From: Bacilli bacterium
GTDB taxonomy: Bacteria; Bacillota_I; Bacilli_A; RF39; UBA660
Assembly: GCA_017432665.1 (NCBI GenBank)
Contig: JAFRIS010000019.1
Location: 1-51,736 of the forward strand
Length of the DNA: 51,736 nt
Direction of reading: 5' to 3'
Of this stretch, positions 18,781 through 28,578 are shown one piece after another. Below the pieces are notes generated by a model. It was given only the letters and a program-made list of their open reading frames with translations. It ran no database searches and was not told the origin of the DNA. Position 1 is the first letter of the stretch. Each line of letters begins with the position of its first letter. The position numbers and the translations under genes are program-made.

Positions 18781-19557
18781 TTATAATAAACCTATATATT
18801 TTGATATTACATTAACTATCAAGTCTATTAGCATCGGAATCCCAATTATTAATGTAATATATAACTTTCTATTTTTTGACAAATTCCTTAATAATTTTTC
18901 TATAAATGGTTGAACTGTATATAAAAGAACAGTTCCCCCAATTGCAAAATTTCTAGAAGCATCCCAATTTATTCTCTTATTAACATTCAAAAAATCTCTA
19001 GAATAGTCCCATAACATTGTGTGAAATAACTTATCAGTCATAAAATGTGATGCATATTCAATTACTGTAGTTATAACCCAAATCAATAAGAAGACTAAAA
19101 TTATTGTAACATCTAGTTTTCTTATTTTTTTTGACTTCGTATTCTTTAATATGAAATATACAATACTTAAAACTAATAAATTTGTAATAAATAGGCCAAC
19201 ACCATATTTACTTAGAAAATCACCAACATGATAAATTCGCGGTGTAGTATATTCAATAATAGTTACAAAGATAAAAGTAACTGCAGTAAGTACAGAAATT
19301 ATTAAGTATATTGGTTGATTTATTTGATGCTTTTTATTCATAAATTTATCTAACATAAATATCAATATTAGCATTCCAAATCCATAAATAGGAAGAAAAG
19401 GTCCAAACAAAACACCTCTATTTACAAAATGATATGGTGGTACTACAAACCATAACCAAATTACTTCATATAACCAACCTATTAAGGCATATATACAGAA
19501 TATTAAATAATAATCTGGAAATTTTTTTAGTATCTTTTTCACTATTCCACACTCCAA
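18781..19557 (-). CDS. Polytopic membrane protein, putative ABC-transporter type IV (CmpB/PF06541-like)
   Basis: 258 aa with multiple TM helices and an N-terminal IYALIGWLYEVIW signature. The start is uncertain: TTG at 19557 or GTG at 19542. Confidence 0.55.
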   Translation of the reverse strand: MECGIVKKILKKFPDYYLIFCIYALIGWLYEVIWLWFVVPPYHFVNRGVLFGPFLPIYGFGMLILIFMLDKFMNKKHQINQPIYLIISVLTAVTFIFVTIIEYTTPRIYHVGDFLSKYGVGLFITNLLVLSIVYFILKNTKSKKIRKLDVTIILVFLLIWVITTVIEYASHFMTDKLFHTMLWDYSRDFLNVNKRINWDASRNFAIGGTVLLYTVQPFIEKLLRNLSKNRKLYITLIIGIPMLIDLIVNVISKYIGLL

Positions 19558-20204
19558 TCTATTTCTTTTAAATTATTATCACTTAAGAACTTGTTTGTTT
19601 TAGAAAAAGGTCTACTACCAAAGAATCCATTTCTAGCAGAAAATGGTGATGGATGAGCTGACTCAATAATTAAATGTCTAGAGTTAGTAATTAAACCTCT
19701 TTTATTTCTCGCATAAGATCCCCATAATATAAATACTACTGGTTCTTTTTTATTATTAAGTATTTTTATAACATCATCAGTAAAAGTCTCCCAACCTTTA
19801 TCTTTATGAGATGTTGGTTTATGTTCTTCTACTGTTAGTACTGCATTTAATAGTAAAACCCCTTGTTTAGCCCATGGCTTTAAGGAGTTACTCTTAGGAA
19901 AAGGTATTCCTAAATCACTTTCTAATTCTTTAAATATGTTCTGTAATGATGGTGGCTTTAAGACTTCATTACTTACTGAAAAGGATAGTCCTTCAGCTTG
20001 ATTAGGACCATGATATGGATCTTGCCCTAAGATTACTACTTTTACATTATCAAAAGAAGTATATCTAAAAGCATTAAATACTTCGTTTTGTTTAGGATAA
20101 ATAATTTTATGCTTATACTCTTCTTTTACAAATTCCAAGAGATTTTTGAAATATTCCTTCTGATATTCATCTTTTAAAAGAGCATCCCAATCATTTCCTA
20201 TCAT
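19542..20204 (-). CDS. ung: Uracil-DNA glycosylase
   Basis: VILGQDPYHGPNQAEGLSFSV and AHPSPFSA. The start is set at ATG 20204 behind AGGTGA. Confidence 0.93.
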   Translation of the reverse strand: MIGNDWDALLKDEYQKEYFKNLLEFVKEEYKHKIIYPKQNEVFNAFRYTSFDNVKVVILGQDPYHGPNQAEGLSFSVSNEVLKPPSLQNIFKELESDLGIPFPKSNSLKPWAKQGVLLLNAVLTVEEHKPTSHKDKGWETFTDDVIKILNNKKEPVVFILWGSYARNKRGLITNSRHLIIESAHPSPFSARNGFFGSRPFSKTNKFLSDNNLKEIDWSVE

Positions 20205-20205
20205 A

Positions 20206-20820
20206 TTAGTCACCTATTTCATATTCTTTTAGTACTAGTTTTATATCTTCTACATTATCAGGTTTAACAGTTCTACCCTTAATTCCAAGAGAATTAGCTG
20301 TCCTAATATTATCCTCTCTATCATCTATAAATAAGCTTTCTTCCGGAATTATTTTATATTTATCAATTAAATACTTATATATACCCTCATAAGGTTTAAT
20401 CATGTGTATTTTATATGACAACACTACTCCGTCAAATAAGTATTCTATATCTTTTATAACTTTTTCATAACTTTTTTCATTAGTATTAGACAATAAATAT
20501 ACTTTATAACCTTTATTTTTTAAATTTTTAATTATTTCAATCACTTCTTGTTGAATATATCTATATTCATAAAAATTATTCATAAAATTTATTACTAAAT
20601 CTTTATATTTATTGTTACTTCGATCATTTATAATATTAGTAATTTCTTCTCCGGAAAGATAACCAGTATCAATAAGACCTAAACCTCCCCATTCTGGAGA
20701 ATTCACAACACTATTTATTAAGAAATCTTGTTCTTCCTGTGAAGAAGTAAACTTTGGAACTATTTCTTTGGCATTAAAAGTCATTAATACATTACCAAAA
20801 TCAAATATTATATTTTTCAT
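20206..20820 (-). CDS. HAD-superfamily hydrolase
   Basis: Motif I-like IIFDFGNVL, LLSNTN and FIDDREDN. The start is set at ATG 20820. Confidence 0.75.
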   Translation of the reverse strand: MKNIIFDFGNVLMTFNAKEIVPKFTSSQEEQDFLINSVVNSPEWGGLGLIDTGYLSGEEITNIINDRSNNKYKDLVINFMNNFYEYRYIQQEVIEIIKNLKNKGYKVYLLSNTNEKSYEKVIKDIEYLFDGVVLSYKIHMIKPYEGIYKYLIDKYKIIPEESLFIDDREDNIRTANSLGIKGRTVKPDNVEDIKLVLKEYEIGD

Positions 20821-20827
20821 ATTACAC

Positions 20828-21283
20828 CTACTTATGATAACTTTCATTATTATTAATCTTATAAGCTCTATATATTTGTTCTAAAAGAATCACTCTAAAC
20901 AATTGATGAGGAAAAGTTAGTTTTGAAAAAGATAAATGCAAATTAGCCTTATTCTTAATACTATCTGATAAGCCATAACTTCCACCAATTATAAATGTAA
21001 TATTACTATTTTCAATAAAAATAGTTCTTATTTTTTCGGCAAATTCAGGGGAAGTATACTCTTTACCATCAATTTCCATTGTGATGATATAGTCCTTTTC
21101 TCCTAAATGCTTTTCAATCTTTAAAGCTTCCATTTCAAGAGCTTTTTTTTCTTCAACTAGACCTTCGTCTTTTACTTCAATGATTTCTAGATTAGTATAC
21201 TTAGAAATTCTTTTCTTGTATTCTTCCATTCCATCTTTTAAATATTTTTCTTTAATAGAACCAACTGTGATTACTTTTATCAT
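20828..21283 (-). CDS. rlmH: 23S rRNA (pseudouridine1915-N3)-methyltransferase RlmH
   Basis: MIKVITVGSIKEKYLKDGMEEYKKRISKY and a SPOUT C-terminus FIIGGSYGL...SFSKLTFPHQL. Confidence 0.88.
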   Translation of the reverse strand: MIKVITVGSIKEKYLKDGMEEYKKRISKYTNLEIIEVKDEGLVEEKKALEMEALKIEKHLGEKDYIITMEIDGKEYTSPEFAEKIRTIFIENSNITFIIGGSYGLSDSIKNKANLHLSFSKLTFPHQLFRVILLEQIYRAYKINNNESYHK

Positions 21284-21296
21284 ATAATTCTTCTTT

Positions 21297-22052
21297 CTAT
21301 ATTTTAATCATTTTTGTTTCTTCATATTGTTTAGCTATTATTATTTCTACTTTTTTGTCTATTTCTTCTTCTATCATGGCACCTATTGCTTTTTCCTCAG
21401 TATTATTTTTTTCACTTAAATGGGCTAATACTACAATTTTAGTGCTTTGACCTATTACTTTTTTTAAATATTTAGCAGTAGTTTTATTAGATAAATGCCC
21501 TTGATCACTAATTACTCTTTCTTTTAGAAATCTAGGATAAGGTCCATCCATTAGCATTATTTCGTCATGATTACTTTCAATTACATAGGCAGTCTTATCA
21601 ATCATTTTGTTTAAATACTTTCTGTTTATATATCCAGTATCTGTAACATAGACAAGGCTTTTTTCAAAGTAATTAATTATATATCCTACTGAATAGGGGG
21701 CATCATGAGAAGTATGAATTAATTCTATATTTACTTCATTAATATTAAATTTGTCTTCGACAAAGATACATCTATCTTTTTCAACATATTCTTTTAAACT
21801 TTCATACATTTCTTCGGGGATATAAATATTCAATTTAGTATGCTTCAAAAGCGAAGCAAGACCCTTTATATGGTCAGTATGACAGTGCGTTATTAATATT
21901 CCTGAAAAGTCTGTAAAAGAAAGGGAATTTTCTTCTAAACTTTTCTTTAAAGTTAAGTAAGAAATTCCCATATCAATTATCAAATTAGTATTATCACATA
22001 ACACAATTGTGCAATTTCCTTTTGACCCACTTGCTAGCACTTTAAACTTCAT
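21297..22052 (-). CDS. MBL-fold metallo-hydrolase (YycJ/WalJ-like)
   Basis: MKFKVLASGSKGNCT and ITHCHTDHIKG. The start is set at ATG 22052, 1 nt after the upstream stop. Confidence 0.8.
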   Translation of the reverse strand: MKFKVLASGSKGNCTIVLCDNTNLIIDMGISYLTLKKSLEENSLSFTDFSGILITHCHTDHIKGLASLLKHTKLNIYIPEEMYESLKEYVEKDRCIFVEDKFNINEVNIELIHTSHDAPYSVGYIINYFEKSLVYVTDTGYINRKYLNKMIDKTAYVIESNHDEIMLMDGPYPRFLKERVISDQGHLSNKTTAKYLKKVIGQSTKIVVLAHLSEKNNTEEKAIGAMIEEEIDKKVEIIIAKQYEETKMIKI

Positions 22053-22053
22053 C

Positions 22054-23568
22054 TTAATAGAATTGCATTGCATTTAGTGCAACACCTCCACGATATGGAT
22101 AACCTTTCCAAATAGCAAAGTGTAAGTGTACTCCTGTTGCGAATCCTGTTTGTCCCATACCTCCGATAACTTGTCCTTTTTCAACATAATCACCGGCTTT
22201 TACATAACGGCAGCCATTACATAGATGTGCATACATTGAATAGTATCCATTATGATGATCTATAGTAATAAATTGACCGTTATCATATTTAGATCCTGAT
22301 TGAACAACTGTCCCTGATTGAGCAGCAAATATGTTAGATCCATATCCACAACCATTAATATCAGTACCATCATGGAATGATCCCCAACGCCATCCAAATG
22401 GACTTGAAACACTTGAACATGATGCCGGCCATCCCCATTGACCTTTAGTAGCTACTACTGTTCCATAGCCTCCACCATAGTACGCTGAGTAACTTGATTT
22501 TTTACCACCTTTAAGAACTATTTCATTAACAGGTTCTTTAATTACTTCAGTAGCAGTAGTAACAGCATTAACTGTTTCACCATTGATTTTTTGTACTTTT
22601 TGAGTAACTTTATTCTCCCCAGCAGAACCTTTTTGAAGAATTTTTTCATATCCTACTAATTGATTGTTATCATATCTAGTAACTGTAGTATATTTCTTTT
22701 GCTCTCTTTTTACCACATGATCTTCTTCTACTAAACTAAATTGTGGCTTTAAGATACCTAATGTAACTACTTGTCCAGGAGATAACAAACTATTTTCATC
22801 TTGTAAATCTGGATTAGCTATTAAAAATTCTTCTACTGATATTTTATTATTAAAAGCAACATCACTAATAGTATCTCCATCTTTGATAGTATATTTTGCT
22901 TGATCTTCAGTAGTTCCAAATAATAAATATTTACTTAGCATATCTTCTGATTCATAGATGTTTTTATCTACTGGTATTTTAGTTTTTTTGATAGTTATTT
23001 TATTCTTAATATAAATTGCTTCTATTATTGTTCCAGTATCTTGAATTTCTTTCTGTGTATCATTAGCAAAATTATCATAATCTTCTGGTTTTATAAATGA
23101 TTTTGCTGCTTTTTCGATAGAATTAGTAAAGACTTCTTTCTTTAAAACATAGATATTTTGATACTTAGGTTGTTCTTTTTTATCTTTTTCTCTATTTCTA
23201 TCATTCTTAGTTTCTACTGTTCTTATCTTTACAACATAACCATCTATTGTAAACGGTGAAGTATCTTTTATTTCATTATAGATTTGTTTATTTGTTTTTA
23301 AGTCATTACTAAAAGTTGTTTCCTTAACAATATCTAGATCTGTAGGTACATATACTTTTTTTACACCATATTTCCTTTTTATTTCTTCTTGTTGTTTATC
23401 GATATAATTCTCAAAACTACTTTTTGACTTAATTAGACCTAGTGATTTACCTTTTAAATAAACTCTATATACTGTTTGAGGCTCAGTATTAATATTAGTA
23501 AATCCTGTAGTTATTACTAGTGAAAATAATAAAAGTATTGTCATTATAATTTTAATATTTTTATTCAC
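22054..23568 (-). CDS. Secreted M23 peptidoglycan metalloendopeptidase with LysM and G5-like regions
   Basis: N-terminal signal or anchor. LysM-like YTIKDGDTISDVAFNNKISVEEFLIANP. M23 core HDGTDI...YAHL...TGVHLHFAIW. The GTG start overlaps the dnaB stop. Confidence 0.8.
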   Translation of the reverse strand: MNKNIKIIMTILLLFSLVITTGFTNINTEPQTVYRVYLKGKSLGLIKSKSSFENYIDKQQEEIKRKYGVKKVYVPTDLDIVKETTFSNDLKTNKQIYNEIKDTSPFTIDGYVVKIRTVETKNDRNREKDKKEQPKYQNIYVLKKEVFTNSIEKAAKSFIKPEDYDNFANDTQKEIQDTGTIIEAIYIKNKITIKKTKIPVDKNIYESEDMLSKYLLFGTTEDQAKYTIKDGDTISDVAFNNKISVEEFLIANPDLQDENSLLSPGQVVTLGILKPQFSLVEEDHVVKREQKKYTTVTRYDNNQLVGYEKILQKGSAGENKVTQKVQKINGETVNAVTTATEVIKEPVNEIVLKGGKKSSYSAYYGGGYGTVVATKGQWGWPASCSSVSSPFGWRWGSFHDGTDINGCGYGSNIFAAQSGTVVQSGSKYDNGQFITIDHHNGYYSMYAHLCNGCRYVKAGDYVEKGQVIGGMGQTGFATGVHLHFAIWKGYPYRGGVALNAMQFY

Positions 23569-24931
23569 TTGATTTTTCCTCCGTATTTTTCATATCTCTT
23601 CTTAAGTTTAAGAAGGTAGAAGTATTCTTTTTAAATAATAGTTCTATTTTAGCAGTAGGTCCACTACGATGCTTAGCTATATTTACTTCAATAAGACTAT
23701 TATCATCATCACTTGCTTGTTTATCACTACTCTTATAGTAATCATCACGATATAAGAAAGTAACAATATCGGCATCTTGCTCAATTGAACCTGAATCTCT
23801 TAAGTCACTTAATACCGGTCTCTTATCTTCTCTTTGATCTACACCACGTGATAACTGAGAAAGAGCAAGAATAGGCACGCCTAATTCTAATGCTAATGTC
23901 TTTAAACTTCTTGATATATCAGAAACTTCTTGTTGTCTATTAGCACCATAGTTCTTACCTCCAGATAATAATTGTAGGTAGTCAATTACAATTAAAGCTA
24001 AACCTTTTTCACTACTAGCTAATCTACGACATTTAGCTCTTAATTCTCCGATTGTTATACCTGAAGAATCTTCAATAATTAAATTTGATGAAGCTAATTG
24101 TGCAGCAGCTTCATTAAGTCTCTTCCAATCTTGATTTAATAAATTACCTGTTCTTAGTTTAAATCCATCAATTTGTCCCAATGAAGACAAAATACGCATT
24201 GCTAATTGCTCAGCACTCATCTCTAAATTGAATACTACTACTGATTTTTCTTGAGTCATAGCTACATGAGTAGCAATATTTAATGCAAAAGCTGTTTTAC
24301 CTACAGCAGGTCTAGCAGCTAAGATAATTAATTCGTTTTCATGTAATCCTGTTGTAACTCTGTCAAAATCATACCAACCTGTAGCTAATCCTGTTACCTC
24401 TCCTTTTTTCTCAGATAACATTTCCAAGTCTTCTTGAACCTTAGCAACAACATCTTTTATTGGTCTAAACTCTGTACTGGTTCTTCTCTTTACGATATTT
24501 AAAATCTTTTTTTCAGAACTATCTAGTATTTCATTTACTGTTTCATCAGTACGATATCCATCAGATGCGATTTCAGTAGCTGTTTCTATTAAATTTCTTA
24601 ATACAGCAGATTCTTCTACCGCCTGCAAATAATAATCTATATTAGCAGCTGTTGGAACATAGTTTAATATTTCAGTTAAATATTCTACTCCACCTACTGC
24701 ATTTAATTCATTCTTTTTTTGTAATATACTTGTTACTGTTGTTATATCAATTGGTGTATTCTCATCCAACAAAGTAGTCATAGCAGCAAATATTTTACCA
24801 TTCTTTTCACTATAAAAAGATTCTGGCATTAAGTTTTCTGCTGCTTTTTGAACAGCATATTTAGATAAAAAGCAAGAGCCTAATACCGCTTGTTCTGCTT
24901 CTAAATTATGTGGTAATACTTTAGTTGGCAT
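23561..24931 (-). CDS. dnaB: Replicative DNA helicase
   Basis: 456 aa containing LPHNLEAEQAVLGS, Walker A AARPAVGKTAFALN and IVIDYLQLL. Confidence 0.95.
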   Translation of the reverse strand: MPTKVLPHNLEAEQAVLGSCFLSKYAVQKAAENLMPESFYSEKNGKIFAAMTTLLDENTPIDITTVTSILQKKNELNAVGGVEYLTEILNYVPTAANIDYYLQAVEESAVLRNLIETATEIASDGYRTDETVNEILDSSEKKILNIVKRRTSTEFRPIKDVVAKVQEDLEMLSEKKGEVTGLATGWYDFDRVTTGLHENELIILAARPAVGKTAFALNIATHVAMTQEKSVVVFNLEMSAEQLAMRILSSLGQIDGFKLRTGNLLNQDWKRLNEAAAQLASSNLIIEDSSGITIGELRAKCRRLASSEKGLALIVIDYLQLLSGGKNYGANRQQEVSDISRSLKTLALELGVPILALSQLSRGVDQREDKRPVLSDLRDSGSIEQDADIVTFLYRDDYYKSSDKQASDDDNSLIEVNIAKHRSGPTAKIELLFKKNTSTFLNLRRDMKNTEEKSSE

Positions 24932-24941
24932 ACTATCACCT

Positions 24942-25382
24942 CTACTTTATAACATGTACTTTCACAGTAGCCACGATATCCTGATGAAGATTTATCTTAA
25001 CATTATGAAATCCTAATGTAGATATAGATCCATCAATATCGATCATATTCTTCTCTACTTTATATCCCTTTTTATCCAATTCATCTTTTATTTGTTTAAC
25101 ACTAATGCTTCCAAAAACTTTATCTCCAGCACCAGTTTTTACTTTAAATTCTAAAGTTTCTTTAGCTAATTGTTCTTTCATTTTCTTGGCATTTTCTTTA
25201 TTCACTTCATCTTCTTTAGCTTTCTTTGCTTTTTCATGTTCTAATTTAGCTACATTCTCTTTAGTCTTTTTAACGGCATAGCCATTTTTTATTAAGAAGT
25301 TTTCAGCATAACCATCTTTAACATTCTTAATTTGTCCCTTTTTACCTTGATTTTTCAAATCTTTGATAAAAATTACTTCCAT
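24942..25382 (-). CDS. rplI: 50S ribosomal protein L9
   Basis: [36 protein letters not shown]. Confidence 0.95.
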   Translation of the reverse strand: MEVIFIKDLKNQGKKGQIKNVKDGYAENFLIKNGYAVKKTKENVAKLEHEKAKKAKEDEVNKENAKKMKEQLAKETLEFKVKTGAGDKVFGSISVKQIKDELDKKGYKVEKNMIDIDGSISTLGFHNVKINLHQDIVATVKVHVIK

Positions 25383-25383
25383 A

Positions 25384-26370
25384 TTATTCGCCTTCTTCTT
25401 TTATTATTGCTTTGATTTCTTGGGCCACTTTATTAACTGTTGAATCTTCAAATTTAGCAGCTCCACTATAAGTATCTCCGCCTCCACCTAATTTATTCAA
25501 TATTTTTACAATATCATAGCTTCCTAAACTTCTAGCACTTACTCCAATAGTATTCTTACCTATTCTTCCTACTACAAAAGATGCTTCAATATTATTGAAG
25601 AATAACAATGTTTCAGCTACTTTTGCTAAATCTTCACGACGATAAATTGTATTTTGAGTAGCTTTAGTAAACGCTACATTTCCTTCTAGAGTCTCTATTC
25701 CTGCCATTAGTTTTTGTCTCTCAGTATACTCTTCAATATTCTGCTTTAATAGATATTGAACTTTCTTAGCACTTGCTCCTAACGAAGTTAAATAGTATGA
25801 TGTATAGAATGTTTCAGCAGTTGTATTTAAAGTATAGTTATTAGTATCTAATACTATTCCTGCTAAAAGAATTGTTGCATAATAAGAATCTATCTCAACA
25901 TCATAGTATTCAATTAAATTAGTTACCATTTCACAAGCACTTGATACTTTATTATCATTAATCATAATACAATCTTTAATAGAGCTCTTTCCTAAATCAT
26001 GATGATCAATAACTAACTTATTATCAAATTTCTTTAATAATTCTGGGTTTTGTACTAACTCACTCTTATTAGTATCTAACACTATTAATAGATTTTTTGT
26101 CGAAGTTGGATGTAAATACTCATCAATATTATCACTCTTTATAACTTCAATTACCCCATCTAATTCTCTTAAAACCTTTTCTACACCTGGTTCATGTTCT
26201 TTATCATCAATTATGATATAACATTTCTTTTTACGGCGCTTTAAAACCATATACATTCCAATAGAACTACCTAGAGCATCTAAATCTAAGTCTTTATGAG
26301 CCATTAAAAATACATTTTTGGCTTTACTGATAGATTTGTTAAGTTTTCTTCTTTCATTAATTATACTCAT
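25384..26370 (-). CDS. Stand-alone DHH/DHHA1 phosphoesterase (GdpP/NrnA-like catalytic module)
   Basis: DLDLDALGS and VIDHHD (DHH), with a DHHA1-like [12 protein letters not shown]. It occupies the gdpP position upstream of rplI but has no TM, PAS or GGDEF part. Confidence 0.75.
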   Translation of the reverse strand: MSIINERRKLNKSISKAKNVFLMAHKDLDLDALGSSIGMYMVLKRRKKKCYIIIDDKEHEPGVEKVLRELDGVIEVIKSDNIDEYLHPTSTKNLLIVLDTNKSELVQNPELLKKFDNKLVIDHHDLGKSSIKDCIMINDNKVSSACEMVTNLIEYYDVEIDSYYATILLAGIVLDTNNYTLNTTAETFYTSYYLTSLGASAKKVQYLLKQNIEEYTERQKLMAGIETLEGNVAFTKATQNTIYRREDLAKVAETLLFFNNIEASFVVGRIGKNTIGVSARSLGSYDIVKILNKLGGGGDTYSGAAKFEDSTVNKVAQEIKAIIKEEGE

Positions 26371-26396
26371 AATTCCTCCTATAAGAACTCATTATT

Positions 26397-26425
26397 ATTA
26401 TATAATAGTTTACCATATTTGTCTA
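26397..26425 (-). promoter_or_regulatory. Sigma-A-type promoter of the DHH-rplI-dnaB operon
   Basis: Minus strand reads TAGACA, a 17-nt spacer, then TATAAT. An AGGAGGA SD follows. Confidence 0.65.
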
Positions 26426-26440
26426 ATAAAAGAACCTTCT

Positions 26441-26477
26441 ATAAAATAAAAATACTAGAACAATTAATTCTAGTATT
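26441..26477 (-). terminator. Intrinsic terminator of the 331-aa gene
   Basis: Minus strand reads AATACTAGAA-TTAATTG-TTCTAGTATT then TTTATTTTAT. Confidence 0.85.
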
Positions 26478-26497
26478 TATAGCTTTATTTTATCGAA

Positions 26498-27493
26498 TTA
26501 TCTTGGTTGGCAATATGATGATCCATCGACTGCAACATCGCATCTCCATTCATCATTGTAAGCATAAGCTTGTCCTTGTAATGTTGCGTATGCGACAAAT
26601 CCATTTTTGCTTAAAGTACAGCGAGATGTATTACAACTTCCACCTAAACCAGTGATAACAACATTGTTTGCTGAAAAGATTGGTCTGTTTTCTTCAGCAG
26701 CTTCATTTATTCCACCAGTTAGATAATATTCATTATTTTCATAAATAAATCCTACTTCAGTTGATTCTACCTGATTATTAGTAATTTTGTGTCTTAAGAA
26801 TACTGTTTTATTAGTAGCACTATTCATAGCACTATAACTAGAATAAGTTACTCCCAAAGCAGCTGTTCCATCGCCAACTTCTACAACATCTGTGTTAGAA
26901 CGATATACATAATTTTCTGCAGTAGGTGGTTCTATAGCGTTACCATCTGCTTGCTTATAAGCAACTGTAAAACTAAGATTCAAATTTTGAGCACCGTTTG
27001 GTAATTGACTATTTTCTATATTCTTTTTAAATTCGATTCTTACTTTATATTTCTTTGATTGACCAGCACCTAACTTTTGATTCTCTGCTAAAGCTGTACC
27101 ATCACTATAAGTAACAGTATAAATTAAATAAGCAGGTAATGTAGTAATTGTTTCTCCATTCATTTTTGATGTAATAGAAGCAATCATAGCATCAAGAGTT
27201 CCACCATTTACAGCATCAACAGTAAACTCATAATAATCTCCTGGCTTTTCTAGTGTAATATTATAATTTACCGTTGTTAAAGACGAATCAATAGTAGCTT
27301 TATTAGCAGTACTTGTAGAGACACTTCCTGGAGTTATTTCAACATTATTCCAATGAATATCCCAACTAACGCTATCAATACCAGCTGTCCCTTGAATATT
27401 TAATGTTGACTGTAATACAGCATATCCAATACTAATTGCTAGTAATAATACTATTAAGACAATGATTACATTTCTTTTCTTGTTTTTTTTCAT
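26498..27493 (-). CDS. Secreted or membrane-anchored beta-rich protein of unknown function
   Basis: N-terminus MKKNKKRNVIIVLIVLLLAISIGYAVLQSTLNIQGTAG (basic stretch plus hydrophobic helix). The protein is rich in T, S, N and G. The last 50 aa carry four Cys (SCNTSRC...RCDVAVDGSSYC). Confidence 0.6.
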   Translation of the reverse strand: MKKNKKRNVIIVLIVLLLAISIGYAVLQSTLNIQGTAGIDSVSWDIHWNNVEITPGSVSTSTANKATIDSSLTTVNYNITLEKPGDYYEFTVDAVNGGTLDAMIASITSKMNGETITTLPAYLIYTVTYSDGTALAENQKLGAGQSKKYKVRIEFKKNIENSQLPNGAQNLNLSFTVAYKQADGNAIEPPTAENYVYRSNTDVVEVGDGTAALGVTYSSYSAMNSATNKTVFLRHKITNNQVESTEVGFIYENNEYYLTGGINEAAEENRPIFSANNVVITGLGGSCNTSRCTLSKNGFVAYATLQGQAYAYNDEWRCDVAVDGSSYCQPR

Positions 27494-27515
27494 AGTTCAT
27501 TCTCCTACTATAGTA

Positions 27516-27544
27516 ATTATACTAATTAGAACTCTTTTTTTCAA
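27516..27544 (-). promoter_or_regulatory. Sigma-A-type promoter of the 331-aa gene
   Basis: Minus strand reads TTGAAA, a 17-nt spacer, then TATAAT. An AGGAGA SD follows and the ATG is at 27493. Confidence 0.7.
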
Positions 27545-27574
27545 TAAAAAAGATAAAATGCTAGATTTTATCTT
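27542..27574 (-). terminator. Intrinsic terminator after rpsR
   Basis: Minus strand reads AAGATAAAAT-CTAGC-ATTTTATCTT then TTTTATT. The first arm overlaps the rpsR stop. Confidence 0.8.
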
Positions 27575-27783
27575 GAGTAAGGCATTAGTGCTATAGCACG
27601 AGCTCTTTTTATTTGTTTTGAAATATATCTTTGATGTAATGCACAGTTTCCTGTAACACGTCTAGGAACTATTTTCCCTTTTTCGTTTGTATATCTTTTT
27701 AATGTTTCTGGATCTTTATAATCAACTGTTTTTCCAGTACACATTGCACATACTTTTTTCTTTTTACGATTGAATTCTGCCAT
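27568..27783 (-). CDS. rpsR: 30S ribosomal protein S18
   Basis: [23 protein letters not shown]...[28 protein letters not shown]. Confidence 0.95.
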   Translation of the reverse strand: MAEFNRKKKKVCAMCTGKTVDYKDPETLKRYTNEKGKIVPRRVTGNCALHQRYISKQIKRARAIALMPYSR

Positions 27784-27797
27784 AATTTCCCTCCTTT

Positions 27798-28271
27798 TTA
27801 GAATGGTAATTCATCATCACTTATTTCGATACTTGAACCGAAATCTGCAAATGGATTACTATCTACATCAGTACCTTTTGGTTCTTTAGTATCACCAAAA
27901 TCATATGGTGTAGGTTCTTCATTGTTTGATCCATTTGAACTATTATTTGAGGAATTCTTTGATCCTAAAAATTCAACATTATCAGCAACTACTTCTGTTA
28001 CATATCTCTTTTGTCCATCTTTATCTTCATAGCTTCTAGTTTGAAGTCTTCCTTCAACAGCTACTTGACTACCTTGATTTAAATAATTTTTAACATTTTC
28101 AGCTTGTTTTCTCCAAACAGTAATATTGAAGAAATCTGCTTCTCTTTCTCCCTGTTGATTAGTAAAACTTCTATTAACAGCAAGGGAAAAACTTGCAACA
28201 GGAGTATTATTACCTGTATATCTTAATTCTGGATCTCTAGTTAATCTTCCTATTAAAAAAACTTTATTCAT
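27798..28271 (-). CDS. ssb: Single-stranded DNA-binding protein
   Basis: [21 protein letters not shown] fold, a low-complexity linker and an acidic tip DDELPF. Confidence 0.95.
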   Translation of the reverse strand: MNKVFLIGRLTRDPELRYTGNNTPVASFSLAVNRSFTNQQGEREADFFNITVWRKQAENVKNYLNQGSQVAVEGRLQTRSYEDKDGQKRYVTEVVADNVEFLGSKNSSNNSSNGSNNEEPTPYDFGDTKEPKGTDVDSNPFADFGSSIEISDDELPF

Positions 28272-28290
28272 AACTTTACCTCTTTATTTC

Positions 28291-28578
28291 TTATTCTTCT
28301 ACTTTTACGATTAAATGACGAAGTAGATTTTCATTAATTCTAGCAACACGATTAAATTCTTGCTCTGCTTCTTTAGTAGCTTCTACTACTAATAAATAAT
28401 AATATCCAGTACTATACTTATTGATTTCATAAGCTAATTCCTTTTGTCCCATTGCTTTTTCATCTAATACTTTAGCTTTTGCATCTGTTAAAACCTTCTT
28501 CATAGTTTCAGCTGTATTCTTAATTTCAGCTTCCTCCATATCTGGTTTTACAATGAACATTATTTCGTATTTATTCAT
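28291..28578 (-). CDS. rpsF: 30S ribosomal protein S6
   Basis: MNKYEIMFIVKPDMEEAE...YYYLLVVEA. Confidence 0.95.
   Translation of the reverse strand: MNKYEIMFIVKPDMEEAEIKNTAETMKKVLTDAKAKVLDEKAMGQKELAYEINKYSTGYYYLLVVEATKEAEQEFNRVARINENLLRHLIVKVEE

Noticed and set aside
23838-23856. CACGTG core resembling the centre of a parS site (TGTTNCACGTGAAACA) inside dnaB. A second one lies at about 32408-32423.
   Set aside because: The flanks match parS at only about half of the positions, so I found no convincing parS or Noc-binding site (ATTTCCCGGGAAAT) by eye in this window.
26419-26655. 78-aa + strand ORF across the terminator and 3' end of the 331-aa gene. Also the 65-aa - strand ORF at 33205-33402 across the AraC/abgT terminator.
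   Set aside because: Both span intrinsic terminator hairpins and overlap better-supported genes. No SD is present.
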